Of a stretch of DNA of 64,000 nucleotides, positions 57,802 to 64,000 are shown piece by piece; the first letter of the stretch is position 1, and every line of letters begins with the position of its first letter. The stretch is from an uncultured Candidatus Saccharibacteria bacterium (GTDB lineage Bacteria; Patescibacteriota; Minisyncoccia; UBA6257; 2-01-FULL-56-20). A model generated the notes under the pieces. The model worked only from the letters and a program-made list of their open reading frames with translations, was not told the DNA's origin and did no database searches. The stretch spans positions 4,153-68,152 of the forward strand of contig CAYJWW010000002.1 of assembly GCA_964374065.1 (NCBI GenBank). The letters run 5' to 3'. Position numbers and translations under genes: made by a program.

Positions 57802-60243
57802 TTACAGTTCATCCAGCACGCTCCACTTGCCCTGCCTTGCGAGGTCGATCACGATGTCCATGTCGTTTACGGCCGACGGGTCGATTTTTTTGATCGCCTC
57901 CGCGTGCCGGATCACGCCGTCCGCATTCCGGAGCAGGCGGTAGATGATCACCGCGTCATAATGGTAATCCTTTTTCTGCGGATGGAATGAGGTTAACACC
58001 TCGAGTACATCCGCCATTTCCTCGTATTCCCCCCATGTGCGGTAAAGGACAACCATATTCTTCAGGTCGCTCTCGAGGAATAAGTAGTATTGGGTCGCCG
58101 ACGGATCGTTCCCTGGATACGGCTCGCCGCTTCCCAGTTTCGTCCGCGCGAACTCGCGCGCGTTGTTCATCTCCGCCGCCGCTTCTTCGCGGTAACTGTC
58201 TCCTTGCGGTGTGCCGCGGAACTTTGCCGAATCCGCCGCGAGCGCGAGATTGACTGCGAGCTCGTAGTGCGATTTCGCCAGTCGCGCTTCGAGCGCCAAC
58301 GTCTCTCGCGAGAGCGCGATCGCCTCCTCGTACCTATCCTGCCCCGCAAGGGTGAATGCAAGGTGGTACCGCAACCCTTGCCGCGTCGGAGAAAGTGCGA
58401 CCGCCTTCCGGGCGTATTCTTCGGTCCGGACATAGAGCGCGGGGTCGTCTTTCGCGCGTTCGTTATACGCTTCGATCAGACGAGCCCAATTTCGGGGGTC
58501 CCACGGTTCCCGCTTTGTCGCTTCTTCGAGCGCATCAAGCCCTTTGTTCACCAGCGGATCGAATTGTTTGTTCCGCAACAGATTGCTGTTATAGAGAATC
58601 TCCGCGAACTTTCCGCGAAGTTCCATCTGGAGGAAATTGTACGGTTTCAGAAAGGAATCGGATGCCTGCAATATTTTTTCTCCGACGCGGAGCTTCATCG
58701 CGTCCCGGAACGCTACGGCCTGATAGATGAGCCGACCGTTCCATGCGTAAATCATGTAGGCGAGGCCGAGACTCGCTGCGGCCGCGCACGCGAGAATGAC
58801 CGGGGCAGGCAGCCGCGCGAACCGCCCGACGCGGCCCATCGGGCCGGATTGCGCACGCTGAACCGCCGAGGTCCGCCTCTCCTCTTCATAGATAAGGAAT
58901 CCAGCGAGCGCGAAGAACGGTATGTACGAAGTTACCTGATCAAACAGAAACAGGTTCTGCACGATGTAGGCGACGACCACTCCGCCGATCGCAGCGGATT
59001 CGAGCACGGCGCCCCGCGAAAGCCGTCTCCAGAGAACCAGGAATATCGAACCGAGGATCGCAAAATATGAAAGAATGCCGACCGCTCCCTGCGTTACCAA
59101 AACGTCGGCGAACCGGTTATGCGCGCGATCGAACCAGTCTTCGGCAAAGAACGAATAAGACGGATCGTAGTGTTTGTTGTAGGCAACGCTGTAATTCTCC
59201 ATTCCCCAACCCAATATCGGGCGCTCTTTCCATGCGTCAACGCTTACCCGAAGGCCGATGAGGCGGGTGACCACGGAGGGATTCTCGAGCGTGGCCGTGG
59301 CGAGCCGCCCCATACCAGGAATCCGAAGCCAAAGCGGCGATTCCCTTGTAAGCCAGAAGGCGCCGGCGAAAAGAATGACGAATGCGAATATGGCCGCGGC
59401 CGCGGCGCGAATGCGCCTGCGTTCCGCGCTTCCGATGAGAATCAAGGCCGCGGCGAGAAGGCCCGCAGCGAACCCGACGATCGCACCTCGCACTGCGGTC
59501 AAAAATATGCCCGAAACGAATATGAGAGCCAATAATCCCGCGCCGTATTTTACAAACGCTTTTTGAGCCCTCGCACACACCAAAGCCGCCGGAGCGAGTG
59601 CGAGGATAAGATAGCTCGCGAGGAATGAGGGGTTGCCCGAGAACGACCCGGGCTGGCGGGCAAAATCAAGTCCGAAAAATACCGGCACATCGTAATACTG
59701 GAACCACGCGTAGAGCACGGAAACGAACCCGACCCCGAGCGTTATCCAAAAGAACCGCATCCAATCTCTCCGCGCAAAGAAAGCGAGGGCGAGAAGGAGG
59801 AACGCTAGGTAGTGGAGGAACCCCAGGAGCCCCTCGCCCCTCTGGAGGTCTCCGAAAAACCCTCGATATACATTCGGCGCCAAAAGCGTGCTAAAGACCG
59901 CGGAGAGCGTGAATATGGCGATCGCGAGGAACAGCGGGCTCTTTAGAGCGCCGGAAACGGAAACTCCTTCGACTGACCAGCCGTTCGCGACGATTCGGTC
60001 ATCCTTTTTCCCGATCGCGCGGATCGCGAGATATACGAACGCGCCGATCAGTGAAAGTTCCACGAGCACCCGATAGAAAATGGCCTTCGGGAATACGAAC
60101 GGGAAGAAATACCAGGAGTCGACGACCACGAGCGGCGTAAGCGCCGTGGCGAGAAGCGTCCACACGATCGTGGACCGCACAATGCGTTCGATGGACATGC
60201 GTTGCGATAAAAATTCGTTGTATGCGCGTGCCGGGCAAAGCAT
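57802..60243 (-). CDS. O-antigen ligase/polymerase-like membrane protein with C-terminal TPR repeats
   Basis: 813 aa with about 12 TM helices containing a Wzy_C-like region, followed by a TPR-rich soluble domain. The alternative start MSIERIV at 60198 is also plausible. Confidence 0.7.
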   Translation of the reverse strand: MLCPARAYNEFLSQRMSIERIVRSTIVWTLLATALTPLVVVDSWYFFPFVFPKAIFYRVLVELSLIGAFVYLAIRAIGKKDDRIVANGWSVEGVSVSGALKSPLFLAIAIFTLSAVFSTLLAPNVYRGFFGDLQRGEGLLGFLHYLAFLLLALAFFARRDWMRFFWITLGVGFVSVLYAWFQYYDVPVFFGLDFARQPGSFSGNPSFLASYLILALAPAALVCARAQKAFVKYGAGLLALIFVSGIFLTAVRGAIVGFAAGLLAAALILIGSAERRRIRAAAAAIFAFVILFAGAFWLTRESPLWLRIPGMGRLATATLENPSVVTRLIGLRVSVDAWKERPILGWGMENYSVAYNKHYDPSYSFFAEDWFDRAHNRFADVLVTQGAVGILSYFAILGSIFLVLWRRLSRGAVLESAAIGGVVVAYIVQNLFLFDQVTSYIPFFALAGFLIYEEERRTSAVQRAQSGPMGRVGRFARLPAPVILACAAAASLGLAYMIYAWNGRLIYQAVAFRDAMKLRVGEKILQASDSFLKPYNFLQMELRGKFAEILYNSNLLRNKQFDPLVNKGLDALEEATKREPWDPRNWARLIEAYNERAKDDPALYVRTEEYARKAVALSPTRQGLRYHLAFTLAGQDRYEEAIALSRETLALEARLAKSHYELAVNLALAADSAKFRGTPQGDSYREEAAAEMNNAREFARTKLGSGEPYPGNDPSATQYYLFLESDLKNMVVLYRTWGEYEEMADVLEVLTSFHPQKKDYHYDAVIIYRLLRNADGVIRHAEAIKKIDPSAVNDMDIVIDLARQGKWSVLDEL

Positions 60244-60422
60244 TCGCCGCCCTGCATGCGGATTCCATTCTACTAAGAACGGCGGATAAGTCCAGTTCTG
60301 CGGCCTATTGGCCGTATGGGACTTATTGGACTTATATATCTGATTGGCTTAGGGGCTGATCAGACCGGCAAACACAAAGCGGCCCCTTGCGGGGCCGCTT
60401 GTGCGCGTTCTAACCCAAGGGG

Positions 60423-63400
60423 TTAGTTCGCTCGCGAAAGCGTGTCTGACGGGAAGGTCTCCACGTAGACGCCGTTCGCCCAGTCGGTCGTCAGCAAGGT
60501 GTGACCCGTTGCCGAGTTATCCGACCAGACAAAACCAGCATCCTCCGCGTTAACCGCTCCATCGACGCCGGTATTCGCGTTGCCCGCTGCAGACCGCCAC
60601 GCCACACCCTTTTTGATGCTCGCGGTGGTTGCATCCACGCGAAGCACAAGCTGGGTCGAGACGCTCGAGTTCTGCCCGGGCGCGGTGACCGTACCGGTCA
60701 GGCGGTACTCTCTCGCTTGGCCAGCGGGGATGCTCTCCTCGTTGGTCAGAACGATGATGTACGTGCCTGCGGTCGAGGTGCCGCCGGTGGCCGTCGTACC
60801 GATCGTCAGGTTCGCGCCGTTCGTCAAGTCACGCAGCGTGAACGCAGCGACATTCGCTCCGAAGAGCGGAGCCGTTGCGGCCGCGGTGTTGATGTTGAAG
60901 CTCACGGTGTTCCACGACAAGATCTCGTTCGAGGTCTTATTCGTCACGGTGAACTTCAAGAGATCGTTCGAACCGCTCGTAAGAAGCGTGCCAGCAGAAG
61001 CAACAGTGATGGCAGGATAGGTCTTGTAGAGGACCTTCTCGTTGCCCTTCGCGCCGCCTGCCGCGCCGTTGTTCGTCACGGTGGTTGCAGCGCCGCTTGC
61101 TTCAAAGCCGGTTGGCCGCACGTGGGCAAAGAGACTCCGACCGGTTGTGGCGCCAGCCGCAATGGTCGTCGTATCCGCCTTCACGGTCAAGGTCTTGGTC
61201 TGATCCTTGCCGATGAGCCACGAGAGATCTTCGACGGTCACCTCGCCGGCCGCGGCGCCGGAGCCGACCGGCGAGTAGCCGTTCGTGGATCCGAGCTGCG
61301 TCGAGCCGTCAAAGAGGTATACCTTCGAAACCTCAACCGTGGACGTCGCAGCCGCTGCGGTCGAGCTTTCGTTGTTCACGAGGAGCTTCAGCTTCTTCAC
61401 GGTCAGCGCTTCCGTCGCCGCGGTAAACTTGAATTTACCGAGGACAACCTTAGAGGTTCCGGCGGACACGATGCCTGCCTTGCTCTCCGTGTCGTCCGGA
61501 GCCGTCGCAACCGTGATAGTGCCCGCGCCCGAGACCGTGATCTGAACGTTCGAGGCCATGTTGACTCCGGAGCCCGCGAACGATCCGGTGTAGGTCGGCT
61601 CATTGCCTTCCGAATCAACCGCAACGACGTCGTTGCCGGTTGTGTTATTCGTTACGGTCGCTTGAGCCAAACCGATCTCATACCGGTTGTTCGTGACTGC
61701 GGTCGCCGAGAGGTTGCCCTTTACGGTCAGGACTTTGCTCGTGCCCTTCGTGATCTTGAACTGTAAGTTCGTGAAGGTCGCCGTCGCGGACGAAGCGTTC
61801 GCGGTGGTGAGCGACTTAATGTCGGACACCCTCGTGTCGCCGTCGTAGAGCGCGAGGTTCAGCATGTCGGCGATCTGGTTGGCGTCGGTCACGCTCGAGG
61901 ACGTTGAGGTGATCTTAATGGTGTTCACCTTGATGTCATCGGCGATCGCGCGAAGGCCGAATCCGACGAACGGAACCATCTGCGTTCCCTTGACGAATGT
62001 CTGCGAAGTGGGCGTACCGGACAAGCTCAGTTCGAGCGTCGGCGCCTTGACGGTTTGCGCATTCCCGGTCAATGCCGTGCTCGGAACGATCTCCGCCGCC
62101 GCCAAGAACGTGTTGTTGTCCAGGTTCTTGACGTCCGCGCCCGCGGTAAACGCGGTCAAGGTTACGCGGATCGCGTCGCCGTCATCCCAGTTGTTCGGGA
62201 TATCTGCGGTGATCTTCAACCGGCGGGACTGTCCTGCCGTGACGTTGAAGATATCGGTGAAACTGACGCCGGCTTGGCCGTTGATGTTCGCGAACGTAAG
62301 GTCGGTTGGCCCCGCCACCACCACTCCCGTCGCAACGTCAACCACCTTGAAATCGGTCAAGGAATCATCGCCCGTGAGAGACCCGGCGGTCGTCGCAACG
62401 CTCGCGTTCAGTTTCCTGACTTCGAGGTTGTTTGCCGACGCCATCGTGAACTCAAAGAGCGTCACATCCTTGCCGTTCTTCCGAATATCGGATGCGTTCG
62501 GACCGAGGAACGACGTGGTCAAGGTGCCGCCCTGGAGCGTCAAGACATGGTGATCAGCCGCATCGGAATCAAAAGCGCCTTTCGTGACCGTCGCTCCGAA
62601 TCCGAATTGCTGCCCCACGCCATAGACGTCGGAGGCCTCCTCGACATACAGCTTCACCGTCTCATCCTTCTTCGCCGAACCGCCGATATTCGCGTAGACG
62701 TAGAAGTCCTTGCTGTCGCCCTTCAAGATCATTACCGGGCTTCCCAGCTCAAAGACGACCAAATCTTTCGCGTTGATCGATCCTGCGGTCGCCAGGGTGT
62801 CGCCCGCCGCGTTCTTCAAGACGAAACTCCCAAGGTTCGTCTTCGAAACCGTGCCGGCGTAGAAGAGCGAAACTCTCATGACTTTCACGTCTTCGTTCGC
62901 CGCAGAAAGGCGGAATTGCGATACCTGCGCGTTTTGCTGTCCAATGTTCGGATTGGACAGACTCCCTGTCTTCGTCGCAGTCAGAGTTCCGGCCGTGGCG
63001 CCCGAGATAACCACCTCGGCTCCCATAACCGGCAACCCGGAAACCGCAACATCTGCGCTTACCGCGGTCACATTGAATCCGTTGCGGTTTGCGGCGGTCG
63101 CTCCTGCGGCGATATCAGCGGAAATCGTGAGCGTCTTTACGCCGTCAACCGAGAGGTTGAGGCCGGTAAAGTTCGCTTCGTGCGAAGACGAGTTCACCGA
63201 ACGACCGGAGGTCAATCGGGATCCGCCTTCGTAGAGGTACACGTTGCTGAAATCCGCAGTCGCGCCGGCGCCAACTCGCTTCACCGTCACGGCGTTCACC
63301 ATCCCTTTTCCTGCAACATTGAATTTGAGGAGGGGGACCGCTGCGGCTCCCCTGGGGAGCGTCGCCGAAGCCGGTGAATCAGCTGCATTGCTTACGGCAA

Positions 63401-63902
63401 GTCCCGTAGCAGGAACGCTGACCGGAGGTGTCCCGGGCGGGGCGCCCGGCGGGGTAGCTACTGGCGGAGTCGCCGTAGCGAGCGCTGCGCGGCTCTTGGG
63501 CCCGAAGTACCCGACTGCCGGAGAAATGCCTTTCGCGGCTTGCCATTTGGCAAGCGCTGCTTTTGTCGCAGGTCCGAAGTACGTCGTCTCATTCCCTGCT
63601 GATCCAGCGCCGCTTTCCGAAACCTTAAACCCGTTCGCGTTCAGCGTTTGCTGCAAACACTTCACGTCGTCTCCCTTGCTTCCCGCGGTGAGGTCGCGGG
63701 TAAAGCTGCAGGCAGCCGGCGCTCCGCTTTGCGAGGAGAGTTGCGATTGCAATGCTTGAATTTGAGCGAGCAAGGCCGCGATCTGGGCCTGAAGATCAGC
63801 CGTCGATTGAGCAGACGCAACCGGGACCAAGAGCATCGCTCCTGACATCCACACCGATGTGGTTGCGGTGAGCACTACTGAAGTAAACTTTTTAGTACTC
63901 AT
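60423..63902 (-). CDS. very large secreted cell-surface protein with an N-terminal peptidoglycan-binding-like domain and about 1000 aa of Thr/Ser/Ala/Gly/Val-rich beta-rich repeats
   Basis: Signal peptide followed by a coiled segment. PG_binding_1-like motif (DDVKCLQQTLNANGF...FGPATKAALAKWQ). Low-complexity repetitive body; 1159 aa. Confidence 0.7.
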   Translation of the reverse strand: MSTKKFTSVVLTATTSVWMSGAMLLVPVASAQSTADLQAQIAALLAQIQALQSQLSSQSGAPAACSFTRDLTAGSKGDDVKCLQQTLNANGFKVSESGAGSAGNETTYFGPATKAALAKWQAAKGISPAVGYFGPKSRAALATATPPVATPPGAPPGTPPVSVPATGLAVSNAADSPASATLPRGAAAVPLLKFNVAGKGMVNAVTVKRVGAGATADFSNVYLYEGGSRLTSGRSVNSSSHEANFTGLNLSVDGVKTLTISADIAAGATAANRNGFNVTAVSADVAVSGLPVMGAEVVISGATAGTLTATKTGSLSNPNIGQQNAQVSQFRLSAANEDVKVMRVSLFYAGTVSKTNLGSFVLKNAAGDTLATAGSINAKDLVVFELGSPVMILKGDSKDFYVYANIGGSAKKDETVKLYVEEASDVYGVGQQFGFGATVTKGAFDSDAADHHVLTLQGGTLTTSFLGPNASDIRKNGKDVTLFEFTMASANNLEVRKLNASVATTAGSLTGDDSLTDFKVVDVATGVVVAGPTDLTFANINGQAGVSFTDIFNVTAGQSRRLKITADIPNNWDDGDAIRVTLTAFTAGADVKNLDNNTFLAAAEIVPSTALTGNAQTVKAPTLELSLSGTPTSQTFVKGTQMVPFVGFGLRAIADDIKVNTIKITSTSSSVTDANQIADMLNLALYDGDTRVSDIKSLTTANASSATATFTNLQFKITKGTSKVLTVKGNLSATAVTNNRYEIGLAQATVTNNTTGNDVVAVDSEGNEPTYTGSFAGSGVNMASNVQITVSGAGTITVATAPDDTESKAGIVSAGTSKVVLGKFKFTAATEALTVKKLKLLVNNESSTAAAATSTVEVSKVYLFDGSTQLGSTNGYSPVGSGAAAGEVTVEDLSWLIGKDQTKTLTVKADTTTIAAGATTGRSLFAHVRPTGFEASGAATTVTNNGAAGGAKGNEKVLYKTYPAITVASAGTLLTSGSNDLLKFTVTNKTSNEILSWNTVSFNINTAAATAPLFGANVAAFTLRDLTNGANLTIGTTATGGTSTAGTYIIVLTNEESIPAGQAREYRLTGTVTAPGQNSSVSTQLVLRVDATTASIKKGVAWRSAAGNANTGVDGAVNAEDAGFVWSDNSATGHTLLTTDWANGVYVETFPSDTLSRAN

Positions 63903-64000
63903 TCTTTAACTTAATTTTGTTCGACTTAATCTTTTTCTTGCTTTTGGTCAGAAGATAGCCCGCCTACTATCGACCACTCCCGAAGTGCGCATCACTCGTG

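Noticed and set aside
60501-63377. 421-aa and 440-aa plus-strand ORFs inside the giant gene
   Set aside because: They are antisense to the 1159-aa surface protein gene and Arg-rich and low-complexity; they are GC-skew artefacts.

Overview
High-GC (~60-65%) bacterial window with weak Shine-Dalgarno usage and small housekeeping proteins, suggesting a streamlined, uncultivated (possibly CPR/Patescibacteria-like) bacterium; that placement is inference only. Layout, left to right: partial CCA-adding enzyme gene, pheT, pheS, tRNA-Met, murD, gatC, gatA, dnaB, tRNA-Asp, ligA (1-17 kb). A cell-surface region follows at 17-24 kb: minor pilin-like genes, two tandem cassettes encoding secreted Tyr/Gly-rich (QGYYYA)n repeat proteins whose 3' ends are identical over about 860 bp, and two lipoproteins. 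A complete type IV pilus cluster (pilM, pilN, pilO, pilB, pilT, pilC, pilin, pilD, pilins) plus comFC occupies 24-34 kb. tRNA-Gly and tRNA-Arg, ddl, an ECF sigma/anti-sigma pair and hup lie at 35-39.6 kb. A ~20 kb glycan biosynthesis locus follows (wzx, WbpA/B/D/E-like UDP-2,3-diacetamido-sugar genes, glycosyltransferases, methyltransferases, split transketolase, aminotransferases, CapD-like dehydratase, O-antigen-ligase/TPR protein). The window ends with a 1159-aa secreted surface protein. Three low-GC homing-endonuclease elements of different families are present: a free-standing LAGLIDADG ORF fused to the ligA stop, a 504-aa LAGLIDADG intein inserted at the catalytic Cys of the nucleotide-sugar dehydrogenase, and an HNH endonuclease ORF that splits the transketolase N-terminal subunit gene. 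Other notable items: a 7 x 7-bp tandem repeat in the major pilin upstream region, a ~125-nt module shared by two pilin-like genes, four tRNA genes that do not encode CCA, and a consensus sigma70 promoter with a long structured leader upstream of a small Cys-rich ORF. No CRISPR array, rRNA or obvious defence system was seen.
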